DNA of 63,582 nucleotides, filler included, from Gonapodya sp. JEL0774 (lineage: Eukaryota): NCBI GenBank assembly GCA_027604505.1. It is 49 parts of 49 records of this genome, joined end to end, with 100 filler letters (N's around TTAATTAATTAA, not from the genome) between each part and the next. Parts side by side here need not be neighbours in the genome. Positions count along the whole stretch, not along the records: positions 1 to 1,211 come from JADIIX010003593.1; positions 1,312 to 2,522 come from JADIIX010003594.1; positions 2,623 to 3,832 come from JADIIX010003595.1; positions 3,933 to 5,142 come from JADIIX010003596.1; positions 5,243 to 6,452 come from JADIIX010003597.1; positions 6,553 to 7,761 come from JADIIX010003598.1; positions 7,862 to 9,070 come from JADIIX010003599.1; positions 9,171 to 10,379 come from JADIIX010003600.1; 41 more parts are not named here. One strand, written 5' to 3'. Below the pieces are notes generated by a model. The model searched no databases and was not told where the DNA came from. It saw nothing but the letters and a program-made list of their open reading frames with translations. The translations under genes were made by a program, and so were the position numbers. Positions 1 through 13,699 of this stretch are shown in pieces; positions within the stretch are counted from its first letter, which is position 1, and every line of letters begins with the position of its first letter.

Positions 1-29
1 GGGACGCGACGCCTTCAACGACACTCACT

Positions 30-1211
30 TGGATCTCTTGCTTCTCTTTGGCTTTCCTCGCCGCTTCGTCCCTCTGCCATGGTGCTGAATGATCCAGGGA
101 CCCGGCACCACGGTGGTGGGACGTTCTGTGTTCGGTGAGGGGTGGTGCGCTTACGCAGTCAAGAAACAAAGTATTAACATAAATCTTTGATTTCAGTCCG
201 AATAACACTCACAATCCCATCGCCAAGCCACCGACGCTTCCTGTACCCCCCGTACCCATCACAGCTCCACTACTGACTGAGCGGTTATCGCTTCCACTTC
301 TTCCAGCGGTCCCACCACTCGTATAGCCGATCGAAGGCGACATAACTGGAGGTGAAACGACTCCACCGCCTGGGCCTGAGGATGGTCCCTCCATGAGCAA
401 GGCCGACTTGTCCAACACGATGCCAAGCTCGTTCGCAAGCTCAGTCTGGATTCATAACAAAGAGAGGGTGTACAATACTGTTGAGCGAAAATATGAAACT
501 GGACATGTCTCACCCTCTTCTTGAGAGGTCCCACGTTCGAAATCACAGTACCGTCCAAAGCACGCAACGGAGCTCCTGCGCCACCTCGGCCGAACGGATT
601 GTACGATTCCATTTCTTTGAGTTTCTGTGTTCCCCGTGGCGTTCAAAGTTCGTGAAAAACAACCCGTGAGGAAGGCCGGGCCAAGTGCGCCGCTCGAGTG
701 GGAGATATTCTAACCTTCTCATCCGCCATGCGGATCTCCGCCTTTGCTGCGGCTTCTCGCTGCTTCTTTTGTCGTACTTGAAGGTCTGAGGAGCGGACAG
801 TGATGCATATCCTGTGAATCTCGGAGCGTGAGATAGCACGACGAGCTCCAAGCCCTCACCGAGCTCCTCGCTGTACCGCGCCTTTGCACCGGGCACTGTA
901 CGGTCCGAATCCATCACGAAAGGGAGCGTTGCACCGTTGTTCGAAAGCCGGGGGGGGGAGGACGAGCTATAATGGGGTCAAAGTGAGAATCCATTTCTTC
1001 TTTCAAAACTGGTACCCGTGCAGCTCACCCAGCATCATAGCCGTCGGCTCTCCCGCCGCCGTATCCTCCGCCTTGATCCTGCGTCGCTGTGACTCCGAAG
1101 GTTCGATCTGCCATTCCAGACGAATAGTGACTTCCAACATGACCTCCGTACCCCGGCATCCCTTGCTGCCCACCATTTGGAGGGAGAGGCGGATACATCG
1201 AGGGTGGGTAC
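30..1211 (-). CDS. CSPP1-like centrosome/cilium coiled-coil protein, multi-exon fragment
   Basis: Manual splicing at GT-AG sites gives KARYSEELDLQVRQKKQREAAAKAEIRMADEKKLKEMESYNPFGRGGAGAPLRALDGTVISN. This matches the CSPP1 signature (coiled coil followed by YNPWGKGGGGAPLRD). Confidence 0.65.
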
Positions 1212-1311
1212 NNNNNNNNNNNNNNNNNNNNNNNNNNNNNNNNNNNNNNNNNNNNTTAATTAATTAANNNNNNNNNNNNNNNNNNNNNNNNNNNNNNNNN
1301 NNNNNNNNNNN
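1212..1311. other. Artificial contig linker (N44-TTAATTAATTAA-N44); first of 48 identical linkers
   Basis: The same 100-bp N-padded spacer with stops in all six frames recurs about every 1.3 kb, and flanking contig lengths fall monotonically from 1211 to 1189 bp. Confidence 0.99.
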
Positions 1312-2222
1312 CTGGACTCCCACTGACCTGCTTCCACCTTCCACCTTTCTGCTTCTTCGTGTTGCTCCTGTGCTTTCCGCTTCCACATTGCGGTGTCCTC
1401 TGCGGCCCTCTCGAGCTGGATCTTGGTCTCGTCGGACTTTGAAGCAGCATCGGTGGACTTTGAAGATGCAACCTCGTTGGCGATTCGGAGTTGCTCCACC
1501 TTTGCAGCGAGAGCTGCTTGCAGTTGGGTGTTGGATTCTCTGAGGATCTTCACGTCGGCTTTTGCACGTTCGGCCTGGCCGGAAGCTTGGGTAAGTTGGG
1601 CAGTTAATACTGTGTTGGAGGATGTGAGGGTGTCTAGTTGCTTTTCAAGAGCAGCGATGCGTGACAGAATGGCGGTATCTGAGGAGGAAGAAGGTTTGGC
1701 TGGGGAGGGCGTGCGACCGCGATCACTGCCAGTAGGATGTTTTGAATTGCCCACAGTCGCGGTAACGGAAGCTGAGGTACCGTCACGAGTGGTAGCACTT
1801 GTGGGAGGGAGAATGTCTTTGGGAACGCTTGACGCATTATTCTGTGCGGTAGGCTCCGAGACCGTGGGTCCCTTCACGGAACTTGATGACTTCACGGGAA
1901 TGTCGTCAGTGACCGCTTGTTTCACGACTGGGGCACTGGATTGGGACACTTTGGGAGTTGGCAGCTTTGCCGAGGGAGATGCCAGGGATGGGACAGATTT
2001 CGATCCCCCGGGTTCGCCAGGAGGAGATTGCTTCGGGGTTGCTGTTGTCGCAGCTTGTGCCTTCACAGGCTGGACCCCTGCGACGTTCGGTTTCGCAATG
2101 TTGGCAAGAAGAAGCAAGTCCGAGTCGTTGCTTTCCCGATCGCGGGTTGGTTGAGGTTGGGACTGGGGTTGGGACTGAGGAATGGCACGTGATGAAGATC
2201 GAGCGGCGGAGCGGGAGAGTGC
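1312..2222 (-). CDS. Hypothetical Ser/Pro/Thr-rich protein with C-terminal coiled coil (fragment)
   Basis: Long open exon after an AG acceptor, with heptad-like LEKQLDTL...LQAALAAKVEQL. No family recognised. Confidence 0.5.
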
Positions 2223-2622
2223 CTAACGCCAGGTGAGGGACGCGGTAGGTCAGTTCATCCACGAAACTAGAGATCACCACTTCAACAGAAATCGAACGTG
2301 TTTCTGGAAGGGTTATGTTGTTCTCTCAAGTCTCAGTTTGTGGTTACGATTGTGTTCCAGGGTATACTTCTCGATGATGAGGATACGTTGGGACTTTATT
2401 CCCTTAGCTACACCCACTCACCTCACTTTCAGAGGCGGACGCTGCGCTACCAATAGCCTCTCCATCAGTCCCGCTTGCTGCGGCATCACTGTCAACTCTT
2501 GTTCGCCTGGCTGCTTTTCGGTNNNNNNNNNNNNNNNNNNNNNNNNNNNNNNNNNNNNNNNNNNNNTTAATTAATTAANNNNNNNNNNNNNNNNNNNNNN
2601 NNNNNNNNNNNNNNNNNNNNNN

Positions 2623-2697
2623 TATGAGAATCCAGCACTCTGCCTCTGTACAGGTTTTGCACTTGGCCCAGTGGTTACATCAACAGGTTATGAGCCC
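2623..2697 (+). mobile_element. 3' end of a Copia 5' LTR (..CAACA, ending 2685) and primer-binding site GGTTATGAGCCC (2686-2697)
   Basis: The CA terminus is followed directly by GGTTATGAGCCC, the Ty5/copia-type PBS complementary to the anticodon region of initiator tRNA-Met. It lies about 100 bp upstream of a Gag ORF. Confidence 0.8.
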
Positions 2698-2794
2698 GGA
2701 TCTCTGAAGGTGGAAGCAAAGGAAAACTGGTGGAAATTTGGACGGAATTGGACATTGAATCGGGGTCTCCCATTCACGCCACGTCAAAGCAACC

Positions 2795-3832
2795 ATGAGT
2801 GACGCACGAAAGTACGATGCATTAGCAAAAAGAGTGACGACAAAACTCAATGGAATGGACAATTACCTGGTATGGATGGGGAATGCGAGGGTGCAGATGC
2901 AGGCGATCCCGGGGGCGTGGAACATGGTCACTGGGGTGACGAAACGTCCAGAAGGCCCACCAGCAACTGCAAATAGAGACGAAAAAGCCGAAATTGAGGC
3001 AAAACAGGAGGAGTGGGATGAGGCCGACCGGGGGTTAAAAGCGGCATTGATATCTATCATTGCTGACGATCTTTTCCTCACAATCGAAGATTGCAACACG
3101 TCAGCGGAGCTCTGGGAGCAACTCCGAACAACTTATCATGGAAATCGGAAAGCAGAGGAGTTTATAAAGCGTCGGGCACTCGAGGATGTAAGGATGGAGG
3201 GAACTGTCACGGACTACCTCGCAGCGTTCAGCAAACTCAAGAATGAGTACAGAGCAACCGGAGGTGTATTATCACAGGCAGACGAATCTCGGATCTTCTT
3301 GGAGGGCGCAAAGCATCGATCCCCGTATATCTACGACCGATTCACTCTGTCCTCGGATCCCACACCAACCACTATTGCCGACATCACCAATGCACTTCGC
3401 AACGCTGAAATAAACAACCGGCTCACCGGTGCTGAAGCAAATGTGGTGGAGCGAGGTCAAAGGGAGAGGGATGGAAATCAAAGGTCTGCCACAATGTTCG
3501 AAAGGTGCAACAGATGTCTTGGATACGGACATTTTGCTCGTGACTGCGCCACACCCGCGGAGTGGGCGAGTCAGATTCAAGGGAGATTCGGAGCGAATGG
3601 GAGTGATTGGGGAAGATCAGGTGGTGGCCGAGCAGTACCAGACAACCACAGAGGTACTGGGAATGGTGGTGGTTATCGTGCAGGCGGAATGAACCAGGCT
3701 GTAGGAGTCTGGAGAGGAGTTGGTAGTGGAAGTGGTGGAGGTCAGAACAGAGGTCGTGGACGTGGTGGACGTGGTGGATTCTATGCAAGGGTCTACTTCG
3801 CGGCAGAAGATTATGAGGACGGATATGATGTA
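2795..3832 (+). mobile_element. gag: Ty1/Copia Gag (UBN2-like capsid, CCHC zinc knuckle, RGG tail), 3' truncated
   Basis: KLNGMDNYLVW N-terminus, TSAELWEQLRTTY, and CNRCLGYGHFARDC knuckle. Intronless, with a PBS upstream. Confidence 0.9.
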
Positions 3833-3932
3833 NNNNNNNNNNNNNNNNNNNNNNNNNNNNNNNNNNNNNNNNNNNNTTAATTAATTAANNNNNNNNNNNN
3901 NNNNNNNNNNNNNNNNNNNNNNNNNNNNNNNN

Positions 3933-5040
<1,108 letters not shown>

Positions 5041-6064
5041 CGATGCCTGGAGTGGTTGTCGGAAGTTCGGCGCTAGTTGTTGGGAGGGAAGTCACAAGTA
5101 TAGAAATGGAAGATTGATGGAGACAGAAAGCCAATCCAGATANNNNNNNNNNNNNNNNNNNNNNNNNNNNNNNNNNNNNNNNNNNNTTAATTAATTAANN
5201 NNNNNNNNNNNNNNNNNNNNNNNNNNNNNNNNNNNNNNNNNNAGGTGCTGACGGAGATTATCAACCGGGTGGGCGGGTCTCCGGACGTGGTGATTCTGAC
5301 CGGGTGAGTAAATGAAAGACACCCGTCAGACCTGTTCGTGGTACATTTCTGTACTCACCACCTTGCTTGTCTCGTATCCCTTCACTTGTCCATGTCTCGG
5401 CGTGGCCGTACGGCTTCGACAATCGCCTGCAGCTCACCGGATTTCGTCACCGCGAAACGCTCTTCACTGGCCAAGCTCGGTATCGAGGAGAAGAAGATTA
5501 TTTATTAGAGATTTTTGCTCGATAAACAATTGTCGGTCCCTGTCCCATAATGAAAACGCACAATGAAGACATCGAACACATCGGGTGCTCCCCAACACCG
5601 ATTTGTTCACACTGCTTCCCGCCTAGACCCCTCCAGCACCGCTCTTATCTGCGCTCTGCTTCTCCCCCATTGAAGGAGAGCGAACTCGCAATATCCCGGA
5701 CCATCGCCTGACTATAGCATACCAGCGTGTCACCCGTATAAGGACAACCAACGCAGCTCACCTGGATTTCATTGCAAGATGGGGGGTATTCAACTAATTT
5801 GTTGCACTTTCAGGGTGTGGGGGTCGACCTGCCATTAATGTGACACTGCAGGGGGACGCTTCACGGCAGACAATTTGGTCCTTGTGGGAGTTCCATTCCC
5901 TCCCACACCAAAGTCGCACATGGTAGAGAGCGCATTTGGCGAGGGTGAGTCTCTTCTGTGTGTTGTTGTAGGTCCCGACTTGGGAATGCGTACGCACAGT
6001 CCACCGGGCCAGCCACCTGAGCTTCGCATTTCCACTACCCCACAACTCCACCAGGCCACAAAAA

Positions 6065-6452
6065 ATGGACAAATTCGTGACCCGCACTGCCCGCAAGACC
6101 ACCAAGCGTCTCCGCGACGAAGACGGCGGCGAGTCGGACGCGGCGGCGGTGGAGACTGGTACTGGTGCGGGTGTCGGATCATCCCACGCCGACGGTCCTG
6201 CATCCGTAGTTGATTCCACCGCAATCCCGGCGGATGGGGATGGGTCGGACGCGGGCGTGGGGAACGGGAGTGTCAAGAGGCGGAAACGGGGCGACGATTC
6301 CGACGAGAAGGATGGGGAAGGGGAGGGTGGCAAGGGCGGATCGGGAGGTGGGGATGTGGTTGGAGCGGGTGGTGGTGACGCGGCATCGGGTGAGTGGTGG
6401 TTAGGGGCGGGGGGGGGGGGGGGGACGTGGAGGTGGGAAAAAGGGGTGGGGA
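6065..6452 (+). CDS. Hypothetical protein N-terminus (acidic/Gly-rich, NLS-like KRRKR)
   Basis: ATG in AAAAATGG context and an open frame. No family recognised. Confidence 0.35.
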
Positions 6453-6552
6453 NNNNNNNNNNNNNNNNNNNNNNNNNNNNNNNNNNNNNNNNNNNNTTAA
6501 TTAATTAANNNNNNNNNNNNNNNNNNNNNNNNNNNNNNNNNNNNNNNNNNNN

Positions 6553-7568
6553 GCATTTTCAAGAGGGGTGGGGATACGCTGCCGCTTTGACTGTTGTCGG
6601 TCTCCCACAAGGGAGACTATTGCCTCCCCATTCTTGGCAATGTTGACAAGGGCGTCCGTGACACTGTTCTCCCCACGGCGCTTCAGACTTTGCCTTCGGT
6701 TGCCTCCTGGGTTCGATGTGTTAGCGCTGGTGCTGGAGGTCACACTGCCTACTGAGACAGCTGGCGATGCGGAGCGGGAAAAAGATGTATATAGAGGTTT
6801 GGTGGGCTGGATTTCTGTGATGTTGACCAGTGATAGTGTGGTTTCAAAGACAATCTAACGTTTGAGGAATGAGAATCTCACCTGATTCTCCGTCACCGTC
6901 ACTTTCTTCTGCACTAGATTCCCCGCCATCATTCTGAGTACTGGCAAGTTTGCCGATCTGTATGCCGAACAGATCCTCCAAAGTCCTAGACCGTTCACCA
7001 GTGGCCATGGACCGATCAAAAACGATGGGGCCTTGCTTGTCGAATTGATACCCATGCAAACGGAGCTTCTTCACACGCAGGTACTCGGGGTCCTTCTTTG
7101 GATCCTTGATAGTTGAAGTTTCCAGGATATTCTTTCTTGTGTTGTCAGTCATACTGTTTGAATCATCAATGAACTGCACCGAACTCGCACCTGTAGGACC
7201 TCCTCCCAATTCTCATCTGATGTGGTTATCTTCTTCTCAATTTCATCCCAGCTCCACCCACTCTTCCCCTTGTACCTTGCAAAGGTGCGGTACTCTGCCT
7301 GCAAGGTGGAGTACATCGACTTGATTTGGTCCTCGTCATATGGGGTAGCGATCAGCTTGTCCTTGAGCGCACTCTTGTTGAATATAGTCGTGATGAGAGC
7401 CCATTGAGGTCCCTTGAAGCCCAAGTCCGGTAGACTGCCCTGTGATTGGATTGTGACTGCCTCCATCGCATTGATAGCGAGTAGACGGAGCTCCGGGGTC
7501 CAGTCTGCGCGAGGTTTCTTGGACTTCTTGGCAGAATCGCCATCTGTGTCGGTTACTTTGCGTGGCAT
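6553..7568 (-). mobile_element. Myb/SANT-like DNA-binding protein typical of PIF/Harbinger ORF1 (spliced, 3' truncated)
   Basis: RADWTPEL...GFKGPQW...QIKSMYSTLQAEY...SGWSWDE...TTSDENWE, then a second exon with FDRSMATG. This is the Myb_DNA-bind_3 pattern. Confidence 0.8.
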
Positions 7569-8104
7569 TGGTGGAATATCAATGTGTGCCGATGATATAG
7601 ATGGCAGTTTTGGAGCAGAAATACACCTCCAGAGGTGTATTTCTACTTCTTATTGGTTTCTGTCAAAACTATTTTCGTATTTGTTGTACCAAACAGTACT
7701 CAAAAACTCAATTCTCCAAAACCAGGGTTTTGGAACGTTTTGGAGTGAGTTTTGGAGTTGGNNNNNNNNNNNNNNNNNNNNNNNNNNNNNNNNNNNNNNN
7801 NNNNNTTAATTAATTAANNNNNNNNNNNNNNNNNNNNNNNNNNNNNNNNNNNNNNNNNNNNAAGAATGGGGTTACCCAGGTGTCGAAGAGATCACTAATA
7901 GAGTCGTCTCAAAGTTTCACGTCTGAAATATAAAATCGAATTTGGTTCGCTTTCATTTACAAAGTAACAAATTTGTTTCATTTTGGGTCTGCCCAGGGGC
8001 CTGTACATGTTATAGCGCCCAGCAAGTAAAGTAAGTTCTACTCAAACGGCGCGGACCGAGTCGGGAAATCCAACCACTTAAGGTTACCGTAGATCTTATC
8101 ATCA

Positions 8105-9070
8105 ATGTTCACATGGCGCAATCTCACCTTTTCCGTGGGCAAACCGGGCACTAATGAACGCAAACCGATTCTCCGCGGTGTGGACGGAGAACTGCGCAAC
8201 GGTGGGTGAAAAACACACAGGATGTCAAGAGCCGAATTTTTTGTCTTCAAGTAAAGTTTTTGACACAGGAGACATGGTGGCATTGATTGGCGGTTCTGGG
8301 GCCGGAGTTAGTTCGTCAATCGCTGATCAATGTGTTCAGAACTTGCATCCAAGCCTTTGGTTCGCAGAAAACTACGTTAATGAACGCTCTCAGTGGACGA
8401 TTTAGCGAGGGAACCCTCGAAGGAACCATCTTGTTGGATGGGGCTCCACACGACCCGCATCTTTGGCCCCGTCAATATGGATTCGGTGGGGAGCACTTTG
8501 AGGTCACGTATTGCAAATGAGTTTCTCAAATGTAATGCACCATGCTGCTTTTGGCAGTCGAGTGACACGATTCTTTCTTCTCTGCTCTCACTGTGAATGA
8601 AACTCTCGGGTATCATGCCGAGTTCCTGCTCTCAGAAACCACACTGACCTCGCGGAAGCGCCGTTTAGGGGAAATAGTCTGTCAGGTGTGGTCCTATCAA
8701 TCTTTTCGGTGACATGGATAGTTCCGGATTCTAAGCGTTGCGGTTTTGTCTCTGCTCACCGGCTTGGTCTGACGAAATGCCTTTCACATCCAGTCGGAGA
8801 CCCCACCACCGCATTACCTTGCATATCCACGGGAGAGCGAAAGCGACTATCTGTTGCAGTGCAGCTTCTTGAGCGCCCAACTGTATTATTCTTTGACGAG
8901 CCCACATCAGGCCTGAACAGTTGTATCGCCCTATCTACAATGAGATACTTGGCATCCTTGAAGGAAACTTGCGGAATTCTGTTATCCATTCACCAACCTC
9001 GTGGAAAACTTCTTACACTCTTTGACCGGGTAGTTTTGGTTACTCGGGGTCGAGTGGTGTTCCAAGGCCC
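8105..9070 (+). pseudogene. ABCG-type ABC transporter nucleotide-binding domain, probably inactivated
   Basis: TWRNLTFSV, GGSGAG/KTTLMNALSGR, ISTGERKR, FFDEPTSGLN and SIHQP motifs. Splicing puts an in-frame TGA (8563-8565) at the Q-loop, and one expected acceptor reads CGG instead of CAG (~8762). Confidence 0.7.
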
Positions 9071-9596
9071 NNNNNNNNNNNNNNNNNNNNNNNNNNNNNN
9101 NNNNNNNNNNNNNNTTAATTAATTAANNNNNNNNNNNNNNNNNNNNNNNNNNNNNNNNNNNNNNNNNNNNAGACAGGGGAAAACGTCGTGAGGATGGAAA
9201 TTCTGGCTTTCCTTTACCACAGAGGCTTGGTACTGGACTGGACGATGGGTTCCGTGAAGTCAAGGTGAAGGGCCGCACTTCCGCGATAAAGAGTAAGTCC
9301 AGAAGATAGCGAGGCAAACTGATTCTGTTCTCGTGGAACGTATAATTTTTTTTTTTGTACTCGACAAGAGTAAATAGTTTGATTCCCATAACAATTCACC
9401 TAATTCTGATTGCAATACTAGTTACTTTGTGGAACATATGTGTGCACTTTTGGGTTTCAATCTGCAGCAACAAAGAAAGCTTTGAAGTGCGTGGTTGGAT
9501 CCACCATGTGTGGAAGATCAAGCCGAGATCTTGATCTCATCCCCGTCACGTCAAGGGGAGGTGAGACTCAGTCGAGCTGCTATCTCCCACCAACAC

Positions 9597-10379
9597 TTAA
9601 AGAAAGAAAATATTTTTTTCTGCATCGAGCCCCCCTTTCGCTAACCTCAGCATGACAACGGTGCCTGTAAGAGTGGACCACTGAGGGATGACCCGTTTTG
9701 TGTGAAATGAAGTTTTGCATAAAGTCATATTGAGGTTAGCAAAATAGTGCAATTGCCATAGCAGCGCACACACTTCTGGCTTGAACCAACTCACCCCATT
9801 GCCCACAAACACACCAGCGTTTTCCGCAATTTCCATATCAATCGCGACGGCCACATGTTTCTCTTCCGGTCTCAAACAGGCGTCCCTGGTGCTTTTCACG
9901 ACGGTCCCAGTAGGCAAGTGGGCAGCAAGTTGACGCACTTCCAGTGCAGATGCATCCGTCGCGACATAGACGGCTTCTATTGAGGAGTGCGACCAACGGA
10001 TTGCCTTGAGAATAACGTCTGCAGTCTCGTCTGAAGTTGGGTAGCAGCGTCGTCGAAACTCGTCAGGTGATGCGATGAGGGGATCGAATGTACTGTCCAC
10101 GAGCGTGTTCGCTCCAGTCCAAGACAGCCTTCGTTCCGTAACAAAGCCACAGTGCGATTTGAAGTCGCCTCGACGTAGATGGAGCGCCAGAACTCGAGAG
10201 ACGGGAGTGTCGTGAAAGAGCTCCGCCACCAGCCGTCGAGCAGCTGATGAGACGAGAGGACTGAACCTGAGATGCACAAAGGAGGGAACAAGCGAGGGAT
10301 AGAGACGGAGGAAGGAGGGATCGTCGAAGAATCTGGGAATTCCAAACGCCACCGCTCAGATCTACAACGATGCTTGGAC
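9597..10379 (-). CDS. GDP-fucose O-fucosyltransferase family protein, C-terminal part
   Basis: LALHLRRGDFKSHC, VYVATD, AIDMEIA...VFVGNG-(intron)-WSTLT. Confidence 0.85.
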
Positions 10380-13092
10380 NNNNNNNNNNNNNNNNNNNNN
10401 NNNNNNNNNNNNNNNNNNNNNNNTTAATTAATTAANNNNNNNNNNNNNNNNNNNNNNNNNNNNNNNNNNNNNNNNNNNNCATGACAGACCATGCACAAAA
10501 CAGTATGGAGATGTTGTAACAGAAGGTCAAACACATGTTCAAGTGCCTGGCACGGATTTTTCTGTGACCATCATTCTTCACTTACCATTCCTCCACCAGC
10601 AGATCTCCCTTTACTTGCCTTGGCGTTGTATACAGAGCCCAGGGCAAACCCGCAAAATGGTGCCGGCCGAAGCTGTGGTGGTCGTGATTCGGGATGCGGA
10701 CATTCATCTGGTGGACGTGTTCCCATCTTTCCAGCAACTGGACGCCGTCGTCGAGCAGGGAAAGGAGTGAGATCAGCCTCTGGTATTCCCATTGCCCTTT
10801 GATCTTGACGTATTTGAGCTGCTGCCATTTGATCTCTGGCTGCTCGATTGAGCTTTGCTGGCTTTCGAATGTGATGTGCTGGTCCGCCTTGGACTTTGCG
10901 ATACCACATGTGATGGGCCGATTCCTGCGGTCGAGCAGCAAGACGAGTGACTGGAGACTGAATTGGATATAAGTGGGCAGAGTCAGTTTTCGAAACAGAC
11001 TTTTGATCAACAGTGAGTGCGTGGAAGAATATGTGGTACAATGTGACTCACTGCACGCCCTGCAGCCTCTCTAGCAAAGGCAGACAGTGCTCGTTCTTGG
11101 CTCAGCCAATAGTCATATCGAGCACGTAGTGACTCTTGGGAAGTGAGCATGTTGACTTGTCTGTGGGGAGAACAGCGCAGAAGATACAAGGAAAATTCCG
11201 CCAAGCGACTCAAAGTTAGAAAAGACCCACAGATGGGAAACGATGCCAAAAAAAATACAGTCTAATGCTCACGCAAGCTGGTGTGTTTGTGCCAGGGCAA
11301 TGTAAGTCAATGCAGAGCCCACTGAGGATCCATGCACCCATTCCGCCTTCCTACCGTGGAGTTCATCAATGGCTAAACGTTGCAGTAAATTTGATATAGG
11401 AGACGTAGCGTGGCAATATGTGGGAAACATGCCGTTTGGTGTCTGAGAAAGAATCATGAGAAGGACCGGGGGGGGGGGGAGGGCGGGGGAGGGAGGAGCA
11501 CAAAGGGCCAATGGACAAAACGCTCAACATGGCTGCAAGCTGAGATAAAACAAAAAAAACCTCACGGTTCACTCCAAACAGGAGACGGCGAGCAGTTTCC
11601 CCTCTGTTAAAATCTCCTCTGTACGTTGCATGCTAAGGGTTAGGGTACATAGGGATGTTGGGTTTGGGTTGGGCCAGAACCAAAAGNNNNNNNNNNNNNN
11701 NNNNNNNNNNNNNNNNNNNNNNNNNNNNNNTTAATTAATTAANNNNNNNNNNNNNNNNNNNNNNNNNNNNNNNNNNNNNNNNNNNNTTAACTACAATACT
11801 GAAGATTGATGTAAAGTATTTCATAGCATAAAAATAAACCGGAGTACTGTTTTTCCTTGATGCAGATCTCTTGATTTCAAACAGGATCGTCACTAGTCAG
11901 ATATCACATATGGGCTCATCGCCGGGTGTACTTGAGAAGAAACCCTTCATTGAGATGATCACGAGTATGCACAGGTGAGGTCACTTGTTAGAACAAAAAA
12001 TCGACGATCTTATGGGACAATGCGGCGTGGCAGTTGTGCCGAGTCTGTACTCAACAAGAGACACTACACACGTCAAAGGAACCTTTAATAACTTGTGACA
12101 TAACTGAAAATAACCATTGATTACCTTGTAAGTCCAAAGCTTGAGGGAAAGTTCCAACTGTTGACTTCCCCCTTCACAGCACCGGGGGCCCTTTGTCGCT
12201 AGAGATCAAAGAGCACCAAGCGCCCCAGAAAGACTCCAGCCAGATGTTTGATCACTAGAGACTCTCGGAAGAGACTGTATTTAGGCAGAAGCGGTGGAAG
12301 GTTTGATGGGAGTGCTCTTACTTGCCAGATAGATCAAACATCGAGTAAACGTGTGATCTCCATACCCAATCACAAAACAAAGTCACAAGTAGCCTAAAGG
12401 TTTCTCAAAGTGGCGACGAGTGAGCTTGATTCCGGAATTGGTGGATCGAAAGAGGTTGAGGACCACAGAGAGGCGGGCCAGGCAGCACGCGATTGTCCAT
12501 CAAGCAGTGGGGTGCTTAAACGCACAGCCAAAGTCTGAGCGCAGGTACTAGGAGGCTGGTCCTCGGGTACAGGAAGAGGGAGGCCGTATGAGCCGATCAC
12601 AGAACCAAGGGTCAGAAGTTCGGCAGATGCAGACGCGGTGGACCATTTGAAGGTGACTAGAATGTCCAAGTAAATGAGAGTCAAAACCACATTGTAATGA
12701 AGACGTAAAATTGAATGGTAAACTCTCCTGACTGCAGAAATATGAGAATTGCGATCCCAATCGCAACCGGCAATTTGGTATCAGCAAAAGTAACCAAGGT
12801 GTGGGTAGTATTCATAGTTTTCGGGATGTCACGGGAAAAATTATCGACTTGCCGGTACTCAGCTTGAATGCTCCAAAGTAAAATCAAGCATGCAGCTCTT
12901 TCATGGAGAAGTGCCCTGCGACAATTCTTCCATGAAACGCCACGTATATCTATCCATGGTTCACCACAGACGCAACAGGGCCTGTGTAATTGNNNNNNNN
13001 NNNNNNNNNNNNNNNNNNNNNNNNNNNNNNNNNNNNTTAATTAATTAANNNNNNNNNNNNNNNNNNNNNNNNNNNNNNNNNNNNNNNNNNNN

Positions 13093-13694
13093 GCGGAAAT
13101 ATATGCGTTTTGGTGTGCGGTTCGTCGTCCAGTAGCATTGACAACGTTTACCGGTTCGGCCCCGTCTTGCCAAGGTATTCCATTGTGACTGAAATTCCCC
13201 CTGCAGATCATGGTCACATCGCCCTCACGATCAAAATTGACATCAAATCCATTTCCATCGTGTTCTGGGGGATAGTGTGATAGAATAGGTTTTGCTATGC
13301 CTCGCGCCTTAAGTGCATTGATTTCTTCGATGCAGTCCACATCCCATCCCGACGCAAAGCGCATGTGAGAATCTACCATGAAAAAGAAGTTCTCACCGCT
13401 CCACATTGTACTAGCGAGGTACCGAGCATAGGTAGGGCCTTTCGCATTATGTGCTTCCAGGCGTAGTATTCTGATGTGGCCTCTAAATTGAGCAGGCACG
13501 AGGGTGTTCAGTTGGCAATCGACGTCCTCTTCCGCGACGTTTTGCTGTACGACGGCAACAAAAACTCGGTAAGGATTTTTGGCTTTCAGGAAGAGTGACT
13601 TTGCCGTGATGGGACATTCAGAGTCACGAAAGCTTGCCACACTGACAAAGATTGTTGCGTTTTCAGAGTCGTGGATCATGACATCCGTTACCAT
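13093..13694 (-). CDS. GT60 / Skp1-hydroxyproline GlcNAc-transferase (Gnt1)-like glycosyltransferase, 3' truncated
   Basis: TIFVSVASFRDSEC, AKGPTYARYLA, DSHMRF and KPILSHYP motifs. No introns in the visible part. Confidence 0.85.
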
Positions 13695-13699
13695 ACACA

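Noticed and set aside
1393..2154. 253-aa plus-strand ORF
   Set aside because: Antisense shadow of the minus-strand coiled-coil exon.
8563..8565. In-frame TGA as evidence of an alternative genetic code or selenocysteine
   Set aside because: The same gene has other lesions, and no other conserved gene in the window needs TGA readthrough.
11633..11673. Telomere-like TAAGGGTTAGGG...TTTGGGTTGGG
   Set aside because: Only one perfect TTAGGG. Too short and degenerate to call a telomere.
12394..12992. Hydrophobic minus-strand ORFs faintly like a class C GPCR C-terminus
   Set aside because: The frames are broken and there is no diagnostic motif, so the call cannot be supported without a profile search.
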